The position numbers were made by a program, and so were the translations under genes. From Thermodesulfobacteriota bacterium (lineage in GTDB: Bacteria; Desulfobacterota; Desulfobulbia; Desulfobulbales; SURF-16), in NCBI GenBank assembly GCA_039715015.1, contig JBDLIE010000005.1, positions 44,460 to 108,459 on the forward strand: 64,000 bases of DNA. Direction: 5' to 3'. The notes under the pieces were generated by a model. That model was not told the origin of the DNA and ran no database searches. It was given only the letters and a program-made list of their open reading frames with translations. Below, piece after piece: positions 1 through 9,032 of the stretch (the first letter of the stretch is position 1; each line of letters opens with the position of its first letter).

Positions 1-1009
1 TGAGCTGACCGTCCATCAGATACTCATCTGGAGCAGGCTTAGTACGATCCTGGCAGTCCTCAGCAAAGATGGCCTTGGTCCTGGAGGTAACGACAACGTA
101 CTTGTCATCCGGGGTGAACATGGCGTCATGGGTCTCTTCCAGAGGAGGCATGGTCTCGGCATCAATGGTTTCCAAGGTGTTGGCATCAATAAGGAACATG
201 ATGTCACCGGTGGCATTGGCAATCATGGAAGAATCGTTTGACCAGTACTGCCTAAAAGAAATAGTCTTCTTCTTGTTGCCGTCAGCAACGCCAGAGGCAA
301 GGAGCTTTACTTTGCCTTTTTCAAGGGCTTTGGCATCGAGCATTTTCAGGTGCAGTTTGCCGACACCGGTGCCGTAGCTGGCAAGAGAGGAGGAATCACT
401 CTCGTTAATTGTGATGAGCATCTTGCTCATGTCTGGAGAGGTGGTGCCGTGAAAGTATTTATAGGGTACTTTGGGGTCAGCCTCAGAGCCTTCCAGGAAA
501 ACACGATGTTTGATCTTGAGATCTTTTTTGGTAAATACATCGATGTAGGCAGGGTTTGACATGGTGATGGGCATGAAATAATCTTTGGTCTGCCCTGATG
601 CGCAGTACATCTTCTTGGTAACCTTGACTTGCTTCGGGGTGGGAACATTAACGTCCATGATAACCTCACCGGTGCGCAGATCTGTTTTGCCAACGTGGGT
701 TTTGCCAGTGGCTGGGTCAAGTTTATAGGTAGACCAATACATGGTGTTACGGTCTTTATAATCGATACGGGCATCGTGGACTGGATGGGACTCGCCATCA
801 CCAATATCAATTTTAGTAAGCTCATTACAGGTAATGGGGGACTCTTTAGCTGGGTCTATGGTACAAACGGCCTTGGCAAAATGGCCACCCATGGCTGCTA
901 CATAAAAAGTAGCTTCGTAGGTTTTGCCTGCCATGGCGCCAGTTGCAATTCCTGCAGTGAGAGCAGTAGCGGTTACAGTGCTCAGCAATGCCTTTTTGGA
1001 AATCTTCAT
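1..1009 (-). CDS. Secreted beta-propeller protein with repeated His motifs (YncE/NosZ/TcDH-like fold); 3' end lies outside the window
   Basis: Not in the ORF track because it has no stop in the window. My translation is open for 336 codons from ATG 1009, with RBS GAGGAG at 1015-1020: MKISKKALLSTVTATALTAGIATGAMA|GKTYEATFYVAAMGGHFA...HPVHDARID...YFHGTTSPDMSKMLIT...THDAMFTPDDKYVVVT. Sec-type signal peptide and SPD/TPD propeller-blade motifs. Confidence 0.85.
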   Translation of the reverse strand, partial: MKISKKALLSTVTATALTAGIATGAMAGKTYEATFYVAAMGGHFAKAVCTIDPAKESPITCNELTKIDIGDGESHPVHDARIDYKDRNTMYWSTYKLDPATGKTHVGKTDLRTGEVIMDVNVPTPKQVKVTKKMYCASGQTKDYFMPITMSNPAYIDVFTKKDLKIKHRVFLEGSEADPKVPYKYFHGTTSPDMSKMLITINESDSSSLASYGTGVGKLHLKMLDAKALEKGKVKLLASGVADGNKKKTISFRQYWSNDSSMIANATGDIMFLIDANTLETIDAETMPPLEETHDAMFTPDDKYVVVTSRTKAIFAEDCQDRTKPAPDEYLMDGQL

Positions 1010-1195
1010 TTTTTCTCCTCGCTTGAGTGTTGTCGCGATCTCTGTTGCAATCGCATTAACATTTGGATTCTGGAACAATGTGTCACTGGTAAAGGGATCA
1101 GAGAAGCCCTGTAGCAGCAGGTTTTACGCTCTCTTTTAGACCTCTTTGGTTTTTCTCCAGTTACAGGAAAATCATGTTGCCAGAAAAAATACTTT

Positions 1196-1234
1196 GTGTG
1201 ACAATCTGTCCCTAGTGTGACAAATTGTCACACT
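1196..1234. promoter_or_regulatory. Tandem RegA/PrrA-type binding boxes in the divergent promoter
   Basis: GTGTGACAATCTGTCCC (1196-1212), then the perfect palindrome AGTGTGACAA-A-TTGTCACACT (1214-1234). Related boxes at 8291, 8900, 8918 and 18220. Confidence 0.7.
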
Positions 1235-1365
1235 GGAAGGTTCCGAAAATAAATGATTGCGAAAAATTTGCAACAAGAAAAAAGAGAAAAACCCTCCCTT
1301 TTCTTGTTTAAAGTTGATTCCTGTTAACGGGGTTATGATCAGTGGCAGGGGCTGGGAAAATAAAA

Positions 1366-2046
1366 ATGTATATCGAATGTGAAAACCTGAACAAAAAATA
1401 CAAGTCTGAAGGGGCTGTTTTAACAGCAGTTGATCAAGTCAATCTTCAGGTGAACAAAGGGGAGTTCGTCGTCATCTTGGGTCATTCCGGTTCTGGAAAG
1501 ACGACGCTTCTATCATTAATTGGCGGATTAACCAAGCCCGATGGCGGCACGGTTAGAATCGACAATATTGATAATTGGCAGCAGGCTGATGATGAGCTTG
1601 CTGTGATGCGCAATAAGAAGATCGGCTTTATTTTTCAATTTGCCAGTCTTATCCCCACCCTGACTGTTCTCGAGAATATTCTTTTACCTCTTTCCTTCAC
1701 AAGCGACCCGCAAGGGGACAGGCAATATGCATTGGACCTTCTGGAGAGAGTCGGCCTCAGTGGCCGGCAGGATGATCTTCCCGGCCAATTGTCAGGCGGC
1801 CAGCAACGCCGTGTCGCCATTGCCCGTTCTTTTATAAATCGCCCAGATATTATTTTAGCAGACGAACCCACAGGTGATCTGGATGAAGAGACTGAGAAAG
1901 AAATTCTTGCCATTTTTAAGGATTTTAATAAACAGGGGATCACTTTTCTTGTTGTAAGCCATAATAAAGATCTGGCTCTCAGTCAGGACAGACCGCGTAT
2001 GTTAACCATGAAAAACGGCTCTTTAGCTGAGACTTCTTCTCCATGA
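1366..2046 (+). CDS. ABC transporter ATP-binding protein (LolD/MacB family)
   Basis: Walker A GHSGSGKT, signature LSGGQQRRVAIAR, ILADEPTGDLD. ATG 1366 preferred over GTG 1342. Confidence 0.9.
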   Translation: MYIECENLNKKYKSEGAVLTAVDQVNLQVNKGEFVVILGHSGSGKTTLLSLIGGLTKPDGGTVRIDNIDNWQQADDELAVMRNKKIGFIFQFASLIPTLTVLENILLPLSFTSDPQGDRQYALDLLERVGLSGRQDDLPGQLSGGQQRRVAIARSFINRPDIILADEPTGDLDEETEKEILAIFKDFNKQGITFLVVSHNKDLALSQDRPRMLTMKNGSLAETSSP

Positions 2047-2537
2047 AAAAACTTTTTTTATTGTGCACCCTGTTGCTATGTTTAGCCGCTTGCGGGCAGT
2101 CCCAACAGGCTCCAGAGCTGCAGGTCGGTGGACCAGCTCCTGGATTTTCCGGCCTTGATATTTCAGGTAATTCCTTTGACCTGGCTGATTTTTCTGGAAA
2201 GCCGGTTATTATTCGTTTTTGGTCAACTGAGTGTAATTACTGCCGGGCAGACACCCCTGTTTTTAATAAGTTGTACGCGAAATATCACGACAAGGGCCTA
2301 CAAATTGCTTATATTAATACATTGTCAAGTTTGCCCCAGGTTAAAGAGTTTGTTGCTGATCTTGCTATTACATTCCCTGTCCTCATGGACGAGGATGGAA
2401 CCATGGCGCGTAGCTACCAGGTGAAGCTTGTTCCCCAAACAATAATTATCGATAAAAAACACAACATTGCTGCTGCTATTCTTGGCGGTGTCAGTGAAAA
2501 GGAAGTTATGGATTTGCTTCAGGAGGATTTGAAATAA
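2043..2537 (+). CDS. TlpA/ResA-like thiol-disulfide oxidoreductase lipoprotein
   Basis: Lipobox LAAC; FWSTECNYC CxxC motif; cis-Pro loop LVPQT; ATGA-coupled to the upstream gene. Confidence 0.85.
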   Translation: MKKLFLLCTLLLCLAACGQSQQAPELQVGGPAPGFSGLDISGNSFDLADFSGKPVIIRFWSTECNYCRADTPVFNKLYAKYHDKGLQIAYINTLSSLPQVKEFVADLAITFPVLMDEDGTMARSYQVKLVPQTIIIDKKHNIAAAILGGVSEKEVMDLLQEDLK

Positions 2538-2538
2538 A

Positions 2539-3042
2539 ATGAGAACTTTGAAAAACATCTTTGTGGTCCTGTGTCTTGCTTTCTTGGCCTCTTCTGCTGT
2601 TGCCGTTGCCGAACCATTAGAAAATATTGCCGATGATAGCCGTTGCAATGTCTGTGGTATGTTTGTTGCCAAGTATCCCAATTGGCTCACCCAGGTTCAT
2701 AGAGCCGATGGACAGGTTTCCCTTTTTGACGGGGTCAAGGATATGATGGTCTTTTATTTCAACCCAGAGAAATATGGTGCCAAGGCAGACACTTTAAAGG
2801 ATATTTGGGTAAAAGATTATTACACCATGAATTGGCTTGATGGCCGTAAAGCCCTCTACGTTGTTGGTAGTGATGTTCATGGCCCCATGGGCCACGAATT
2901 CATCCCCTTTGCCAGTCATGAAGCAGCGGCATCTTTCTTAAAAGATCATTCTGGTAAAGCCATCCTTGCCTTTGATGATATTACCTCTGAAAAGGTGGAA
3001 TCCATGCGCATGGGTATGAAGATGAAAATGAAGATGAAATAG
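2539..3042 (+). CDS. nosL: NosL-family copper chaperone with Met-rich tail
   Basis: Signal peptide; CNVCGM, FDGVKDM and GSDVHGPMG motifs; C-terminus MRMGMKMKMKMK. Confidence 0.85.
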   Translation: MRTLKNIFVVLCLAFLASSAVAVAEPLENIADDSRCNVCGMFVAKYPNWLTQVHRADGQVSLFDGVKDMMVFYFNPEKYGAKADTLKDIWVKDYYTMNWLDGRKALYVVGSDVHGPMGHEFIPFASHEAAASFLKDHSGKAILAFDDITSEKVESMRMGMKMKMKMK

Positions 3043-3068
3043 AGTGCAGCCATCATCTCCATCTTCCT

Positions 3069-3353
3069 GTGCTCTTAATGCGTCCATCCTCCCTTTTTTT
3101 CTTTGTTCTTTTCGCCCTGGCCGTTACTACTGTAACGCTAGCGGCCCATGGCCGTCATCGTGCCCTTAAGGAGAAGGACGCATATTTTGTGCGCGATAGC
3201 CTGACCAGAGAACTTGGTTTAACCGACCTATGTCTGGCCACCGAAGCTCGTTACACCAGACATCCTGCCCTGAGTGATGATCTTGCCCCTTTTATGGATT
3301 ATCCAGCAGCCCTGGAGCATTTTCCCTCAGGTCTCTTCTGGGCGCCCAAATGA
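3069..3353 (+). CDS. Small membrane-anchored hypothetical protein of the NosL-ABC operon
   Basis: N-terminal hydrophobic helix; LTDLCLATEARYTRHP segment; ATGA overlap with the permease. Confidence 0.7.
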   Translation: MLLMRPSSLFFFVLFALAVTTVTLAAHGRHRALKEKDAYFVRDSLTRELGLTDLCLATEARYTRHPALSDDLAPFMDYPAALEHFPSGLFWAPK

Positions 3354-4531
3354 AAGAATTCCTTGAAAAACAGACCAATATTCTTGATTATGCCCTGGCT
3401 TCGCTCTGGCGCCGGAAGGGGAAGAATCTTAGTGTTTTTTGTGTCTTTACCCTGGTTATCTTTCTCTTAGCCTCTTTCCAGTTTTTAACACGATCTCTGT
3501 TGGTGTCTGCTGCTGATACTTTGCAGCAGACACCCGAAATCACCGTCCAACGCATGGTTGCCGGTCGTCAGGAAACAATCCCTGTTGCCTATGGTGAAAA
3601 GATTAAAGCAATCTTCGGGGTGACTAGGGTCAGTGAAAGAGTGTGGGGCTATAAATTTAACGAAGTAACCGGCGCCAACCTTACTGTGATGGCTCTTGCC
3701 GACTTTTCCAAAGACAATCAGGCTGCTCTTGCTGAGGGGCGTTTTTTGGTTCAGGGAGATGCTGGCCAGGCCCTTATTGGTCAAGGGGTTTTAAAAGATC
3801 TGGGTTTGGGGAAACGGCGCAGCTTTTCTTTTTTTAGACCAGATCTCACCCTGAAATCGTTTTCAGTCAGCGGTATTTTTGCTCCTGCAACCGATATACT
3901 GACCTATGATTTGGTTGTCATGAATATCGGCGATGGCCGTGATCTTTTCGGACTCCAGCCTGATGTGGCCACTGATCTTCTTGTCGAAGTTGGAAACCCT
4001 GTGGAGATTGATACCATTGCTAAGAAAATCTCAACGATCTTGCCAGATACCAGAGTGGTTACCCGTCCGCAGATTTTAATGACATACCAGGCTGTTTTTA
4101 GCTGGCGTTCAGGTTTTGCTTCAGTGTGTCTGTTAACAGCTCTTGCTGCCTTTATTATCTTGGCCTGGGACAAGGCCTCCGGCATGTCGCCTGAAGAACG
4201 GCGGGAAATTTCTATTCTGAAAATCCTTGGTTGGCAGACCCCTGATGTTTTAGCAGTTCGGTTCTGGGAAAGTTTTGCCATGGCACTGGTTGCCTTTGTC
4301 TCTGGTAATATTCTGGCCTATATCCATATTGGTTATTTCCATGCAGCCCTTTTTCGTTCGGTGATGATGGGTTGGTCTGTGCTCCGTCCCACTCTTGATA
4401 TTGTTCCGGCTGTATATTCTACGGACCTTTTCTTGCTCTTTTCTCTCTCCGTGCTTCCTTATTTGGCAGCCACGGTAATCCCTGCCTGGCGCTGTGCCTC
4501 AGTTGCCACTGATTCTGCGCTGAGGGGGTAA
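3350..4531 (+). CDS. ABC transporter permease (FtsX/MacB/LolE family)
   Basis: One N-terminal TM, a periplasmic domain, then three TMs with ERREISILKILGW. Confidence 0.9.
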   Translation: MKEFLEKQTNILDYALASLWRRKGKNLSVFCVFTLVIFLLASFQFLTRSLLVSAADTLQQTPEITVQRMVAGRQETIPVAYGEKIKAIFGVTRVSERVWGYKFNEVTGANLTVMALADFSKDNQAALAEGRFLVQGDAGQALIGQGVLKDLGLGKRRSFSFFRPDLTLKSFSVSGIFAPATDILTYDLVVMNIGDGRDLFGLQPDVATDLLVEVGNPVEIDTIAKKISTILPDTRVVTRPQILMTYQAVFSWRSGFASVCLLTALAAFIILAWDKASGMSPEERREISILKILGWQTPDVLAVRFWESFAMALVAFVSGNILAYIHIGYFHAALFRSVMMGWSVLRPTLDIVPAVYSTDLFLLFSLSVLPYLAATVIPAWRCASVATDSALRG

Positions 4532-4535
4532 GTTC

Positions 4536-5219
4536 ATGATTGTTGAGCTCGAGGATATTGTTAAGATTTATAACCAGGGTGAGGCTAATGAAGTAACGGC
4601 CCTTGAGCAGGTTGATCTCACCATTGAGCATGGCTCCATGGTCTGTCTCAAGGGGCCCAGTGGCTCGGGGAAATCGACACTGCTTTCCATTATTGGCTGT
4701 ATTTATCCGCCTACCAGCGGCAGGGCCGTTATAGGCGGCAAGCAGTTGTCACGTCTGCCAGATCGTTTTTTGACCATCCACCGCCGGCAGACCATCGGCT
4801 TTATCTTTCAACAATTCAATATTTTGCCGAAGCTTTCTGTTTTTGAGAATATTGTTCTGCCTCTTCTGCCTTTGGGGGTCTCTCCTGCAAAGCGAAGAGC
4901 CATGGCTGAACCTCTGCTTGAACGTTTTGCCATTAAGCATCGTCAGAATTTTCCTGCCGGCTCTATTTCTGGCGGTGAACTGCAAAGAGTCGCAATTGCC
5001 AGGGCCTTAATTAATAATCCGCCTATCATCATTGCCGATGAACCCACAGCACATCTTGATAGCAACCTTACCAGGGGTTTTCTGCAAACAATGATGGAGC
5101 TGAAGGAGGAGGGGAAAACCATCATTATTGCCTCCCACGACCCGCTTGTCACCGAAGATGCCAGAGTGGACAAGATGTTTAATGTTCTGGATGGCAGGGT
5201 GAGCCAGGATGTTTCTTAA
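4536..5219 (+). CDS. ABC transporter ATP-binding protein (LolD/MacB family)
   Basis: GPSGSGKST, ISGGELQRVAIAR, IIADEPTAHLD. Confidence 0.9.
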   Translation: MIVELEDIVKIYNQGEANEVTALEQVDLTIEHGSMVCLKGPSGSGKSTLLSIIGCIYPPTSGRAVIGGKQLSRLPDRFLTIHRRQTIGFIFQQFNILPKLSVFENIVLPLLPLGVSPAKRRAMAEPLLERFAIKHRQNFPAGSISGGELQRVAIARALINNPPIIIADEPTAHLDSNLTRGFLQTMMELKEEGKTIIIASHDPLVTEDARVDKMFNVLDGRVSQDVS

Positions 5220-6219
5220 CCCATGGAGTCTAGCCCTGTGTCTGCTTAGCGGACTCAGTATCTTTTTGATTGGGGTGGCCTGTAAAACGGCGATCAGGGT
5301 CATCCGCCAGTGGAACCCGGCCGCTGATAGCCAACAACAGATTGAGCTTGAATCGGAGATTTGGCTGTCATCCACCCTGGTCCAGTATGGGCTTGGCTTT
5401 CAGATTATTTCCATGTTTCTCTACGTTCTGGCTGCAGATTCTTTTGCCCAGATGCTTTCCGGGGCCATGTGTGCCACCGGGTCTCTGCTGGCCAACGATT
5501 ATGGCATTCCGCTTCTTGTTGTCAAAATTGCCGGCATGTTCCTGTACGGCTTGTGGATTGTTCTTCATCAGCTCGATATCAGCAGTGAGGAGTATCCTTT
5601 AGTACGGGTTAAATATGTCCTCCTTCTTTTTTTGCTGCCGCTGCTTGTCAGTGACACAGTCCTGTTGATTCTCTACCTGGCTGGATTGGAACCAGATATC
5701 ATTACATCGTGCTGTGCAATTATTTTTGATGAAGGGGCCGGGGGCACGGTTCAGAATCTTTTCGGTGGACGGGGAGGGGAGGGGAGTTTGGCCTTTTATT
5801 ACGGCTGGGCGATGCTTCTTTTCTGTCTTGGTTTTCTTGCCTGGTGGTGGCAGAAATTGGCCGCTTATCTTATCTACGGGATTGGTGTTGCCTTTTTTGG
5901 TGTTCTGGCACTGGAGACTCTCATCACTGTATTTTCATCGTATATATACGCCATGCCCTTCCATAATTGCCCTTTTTGCATACTGAAGAAAGAGTATGGA
6001 TATATTGGTTTTTTTATCTACATCCCCCTCTTTGTTGCTGTTTTCTGTGGCATCACTCCCATGCTTCTTGAGCCGTGTAAAAGAAAGAGTTCCATTGCCA
6101 GTACAGTAGCAACCATGCAGAAAAAACTTGTGGTTGTCTCCCTGGCCTCTCTGGCATTTTATGTCACCCTCTCGTCCTATCATTATCTTGCCTATACCCT
6201 GTTGGGAGGGGAGGGGTAG
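5209..6219 (+). CDS. Polytopic membrane protein with Cys/His motifs, function unknown
   Basis: About 8 hydrophobic helices; GAMCATG, ITSCC and PFHNCPFC motifs; overlaps the upstream stop. Confidence 0.75.
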   Translation: MFLNPWSLALCLLSGLSIFLIGVACKTAIRVIRQWNPAADSQQQIELESEIWLSSTLVQYGLGFQIISMFLYVLAADSFAQMLSGAMCATGSLLANDYGIPLLVVKIAGMFLYGLWIVLHQLDISSEEYPLVRVKYVLLLFLLPLLVSDTVLLILYLAGLEPDIITSCCAIIFDEGAGGTVQNLFGGRGGEGSLAFYYGWAMLLFCLGFLAWWWQKLAAYLIYGIGVAFFGVLALETLITVFSSYIYAMPFHNCPFCILKKEYGYIGFFIYIPLFVAVFCGITPMLLEPCKRKSSIASTVATMQKKLVVVSLASLAFYVTLSSYHYLAYTLLGGEG

Positions 6220-6271
6220 GCGAGGCTAAAGGGCTGGCTGTAAAGACGATGAGTACTTGGGGTACCAAGTA

Positions 6272-6799
6272 TCAGAGGGTGGGGGGGAATTTTTGGAGTT
6301 TGCGCTGCAGGGTGCGGCGATGAATACCCAGCTTCTTAGCGGCCTGTGAAATATTATTGTTGCAGTCGCTTAAAACACGGCTGATATGCTCCCACTCAAC
6401 CCGGGCAAGGGATGGAGCACTGATGCTGTCATCTTCCATTTCACGGAGATCTTCCGATTCAAAGGCAGCTATAATATCTTCAACTTCAGCAGGTTTGGTG
6501 AGATAGCCGATTGCTCCAAGCTTAATCGCCTTGGTGGCTGTGGCAATGGAGCCATAACCCGTCAAAACTACGGCTCGTAGATCGGGGTGGTGCCGCATGC
6601 CAGTCCGGATGACGTCAAGTCCTGACTTCCCTTCCATCTTGAGATCCACAACGGCAAAGGCGGGCTTGTGTCGCGCAATGATCTCCACAGCCCCGATGTA
6701 GTTACTCGCAGTCTCTACGTCGAAGCCACGGCGCTCTAGGGCCTTGGATAAACGGTTCCGGAAAATATCCTCGTCATCAACAAGTAAAATGGTCGGCAT
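6272..6799 (-). CDS. regA: RegA/PrrA/ActR-family response regulator
   Basis: REC domain (LLVDD, VVDLKM, LTGYGSIATA, YLTKP) plus Fis-type HTH EWEHISRVLSDCNNNISQAAKKLGIHRRTLQRKL. Confidence 0.9.
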   Translation of the reverse strand: MPTILLVDDEDIFRNRLSKALERRGFDVETASNYIGAVEIIARHKPAFAVVDLKMEGKSGLDVIRTGMRHHPDLRAVVLTGYGSIATATKAIKLGAIGYLTKPAEVEDIIAAFESEDLREMEDDSISAPSLARVEWEHISRVLSDCNNNISQAAKKLGIHRRTLQRKLQKFPPTL

Positions 6800-6804
6800 G
6801 GTTC

Positions 6805-8160
6805 TTACACCTCCAAATCAGAGTCTGTTTGGGTGGCTAATGATTTGCTGAAAGAGATAGTTATAGTTGTTCCTGTGTCTTCATGGCTTTCAATATCGAG
6901 GGCCCCTTCGAGCTGGGTTGCCAACGATTTTGCCAGAAAAAGGCCAAGTCCCATACCCTTGCCAACAGGTTTTGTGGTGAAGAAAGGGTCTGTCGCCTGT
7001 TCAGCAACTTCTTGTGACATACCACAACCTTGATCAGTTACTATGAAATAAATGTACTCGCCATCCTCTTTACATTCAAGGGTGATTTCTCCGTCAGGCG
7101 GGCTTGCATCTGCTGCATTGGATAACAGGCCCTTTAATGACCAAGAGACAGCATGAGAGGGGACATGGAGTTGTTTGCTTGGAAGCATATTGTTTACAAC
7201 AAGGTTTTGAGAGATATTGCCAAGCAATTCTCGAGCGCTTTCGATGAGTTCATCAGTGGTACTGGGAGTATGTTTTTCCCCTTGGATAGCGCCGGCATCT
7301 GCAGACATTTGAAAGAGGATCTTTTTGCAACGGTTGGTTTGTTCCCGAATGAGCTGGGCGTCATCTAAGAGATCTTTGTCATAGATTTCATTCTCACAAT
7401 GATAGACCATTTCCCCTGATGCCAGACCAATGGTGGCGAGGGGGGTGGAGAGTTCATGGGCAGCCCCTGCAGCCAGGGTGGCAAGAGCGCTAAGCTTGTC
7501 GTTTTGCAGCTTTTCCTGGCGCAGCTTGGCAATGGTACGATGATAGTCCCTGAGGGATTGTTGGATGCGTGAAGCGAAAAAGGTGATCAAAACGGCACTA
7601 ACAGCATAGGCAAACCACATACCCTGTAGATGAAGATCCATATTAAAATTAGTGATATTGCAAACCTGCTGAACCTCCTGACTTGCCCCAGCTCCACTTT
7701 GTTTGAGAAGTGAGGGCAGAAACATGCCCCCATAAGAAAGAATTGTAGAGATGGAAAGGCCCCAGGCAAGAAGAGATGATAACAAGATGGCGCCAAGGGT
7801 GATATGGACCAGATAGATAAAGGTAAATGGGTTCATTGTGCCGCCAGTAATATAGAGCAACCCTGTGAGAAGGATTATGTCGCCATATAAAGTCAGAGGC
7901 AGAAGATATTCAGGTGGTGGCTTTTGGTGGCTGTGAAGACGAAGAGCAAGGGCGGTGTTGGTAATAATTTCAACAATAATTACAGTACTGACGGCAAAGA
8001 TAGGAAGGTCAAGATGGAAAAAGAATGAACCAATGGCAATGGTGAGAATCTGGCCAGCAACGGCCCACCATCGCAATTTGACTAACCAGTTAAGGCCAAT
8101 ACTCCGCGTATCATGGAGATTTTGTTGTGATTCTAAGCTGGTAAAAAGTGAGTGATGCAT
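6805..8160 (-). CDS. regB: RegB/PrrB/ActS-family redox sensor histidine kinase
   Basis: LRWWAVAGQ; quinone-binding motif GGTMNPF; H-box LAAGAAHELSTPLATI; redox Cys in RCKKIL; HATPase DQGCGM...PFFTTK...GMGLGLF. Confidence 0.9.
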   Translation of the reverse strand: MHHSLFTSLESQQNLHDTRSIGLNWLVKLRWWAVAGQILTIAIGSFFFHLDLPIFAVSTVIIVEIITNTALALRLHSHQKPPPEYLLPLTLYGDIILLTGLLYITGGTMNPFTFIYLVHITLGAILLSSLLAWGLSISTILSYGGMFLPSLLKQSGAGASQEVQQVCNITNFNMDLHLQGMWFAYAVSAVLITFFASRIQQSLRDYHRTIAKLRQEKLQNDKLSALATLAAGAAHELSTPLATIGLASGEMVYHCENEIYDKDLLDDAQLIREQTNRCKKILFQMSADAGAIQGEKHTPSTTDELIESARELLGNISQNLVVNNMLPSKQLHVPSHAVSWSLKGLLSNAADASPPDGEITLECKEDGEYIYFIVTDQGCGMSQEVAEQATDPFFTTKPVGKGMGLGLFLAKSLATQLEGALDIESHEDTGTTITISFSKSLATQTDSDLEV

Positions 8161-8290
8161 TTGGTGTTGATTTAATAATTAATAGAAAAAATGCTCTTAA
8201 TTAAAACACGTTAGCATATCAATTTTATGGCTGCTAGGTATTTGAAAAAAGGCTTTGGCATAGCTTGGTGAAAAGGGAAAAAACAGGCCT

Positions 8291-8332
8291 ATGCGACAAT
8301 TTGCCACATTTTTCCGGTCGGCAACTTGTGTT
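8291..8332 (+). repeat. Promoter segment with a RegA-type box, duplicated at 18220-18261
   Basis: ATGCGACAATTTGCCACATTTT...AACTTGTGTT occurs at both 8291 and 18220. Confidence 0.85.
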
Positions 8333-8418
8333 CATGTGAATCCTTTACATATTTCTGATGAGCGAACCCAAGTAAACATTGAATATTTACCCTTTTATCC
8401 TTCTGCTTGTTATGTTGA

Positions 8419-8721
8419 GACACCTTAAACAGCATCATCGTCGATAAAACCCGCGAATATTTTTGCAAGCATGGGTTTGACATAACAACCAATGAATTCC
8501 CTGATCATCTTGTTGTTGAGCTTGACTTCATCGCCTCGCCTGAGGATGAAAAAGAGGCCAGCAGCGAAGAATTTCTGCGCATCTATTTCCGGCCTTGGTT
8601 TGGTCAATTTCGCAACCTTGTTTGTAAAGAAGTTGAGGTTCGCGATATTAAAGCGGCTGTGGAGGGGGTAGATTTTTTCACGAGCAATGAGACTGACGCG
8701 GACTCGGACCAGGCCGCTTAA
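8419..8721 (+). pseudogene. 5'-truncated TorD/DmsD chaperone remnant, paralog of 18434-18985
   Basis: Open frame TLNSIIVDKTREYFCKHGFDITTNEFPDHLVVELDF...YFRPWF...DFFTSNET aligns without gaps to the C-terminal half of the 18434 protein. In-frame TGA at 8416 and no usable start codon. Confidence 0.85.
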
Positions 8722-8899
8722 GATTAGAGCCCTAGAAGGCATATTTTTTTATGGTCTTCATCCATTTGGACACTTTGAATTAGTCCTACTCCGCGCCGCC
8801 GCACACCCTTGCGGCTGTCAATGAAATCTCCCCCCCCCCTTCACCTGCCGCGGGAAACACTCCCCTTTGCGGGGCGAGAATAGAAGCCCCTTCCCAGCC

Positions 8900-8934
8900 T
8901 GCGACACTTCACCAATCTGCGACAATTCGCCATA
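8900..8934 (+). promoter_or_regulatory. Tandem RegA-type boxes upstream of the TonB-receptor operon
   Basis: TGCGACACTTCACCAAT (8900) and TGCGACAATTCGCCATA (8918), 18 bp apart, about 100 bp before the ATG. Confidence 0.6.
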
Positions 8935-9032
8935 TTGATAAAAATTGTATCGGTGGTGTTAACTATTCCTAGAGATTTTCAAGTCTCTGAAATGAATCTT
9001 ATTTTTTAACTTTAACAAGAGAGTACTGAGGC

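Noticed and set aside
1..1009. Calling the propeller nosZ or nirS
   Set aside because: No CxxCH, no Tat motif and no NosZ DxHH signature in the visible part; only fold-level resemblance.
8780..8900. GC-rich hairpins before the TonB receptor as a cobalamin or Moco riboswitch
   Set aside because: The conserved cores are not present on the sense strand; only a CTGGGAAGG fragment on the opposite strand. An Rfam scan would settle it.
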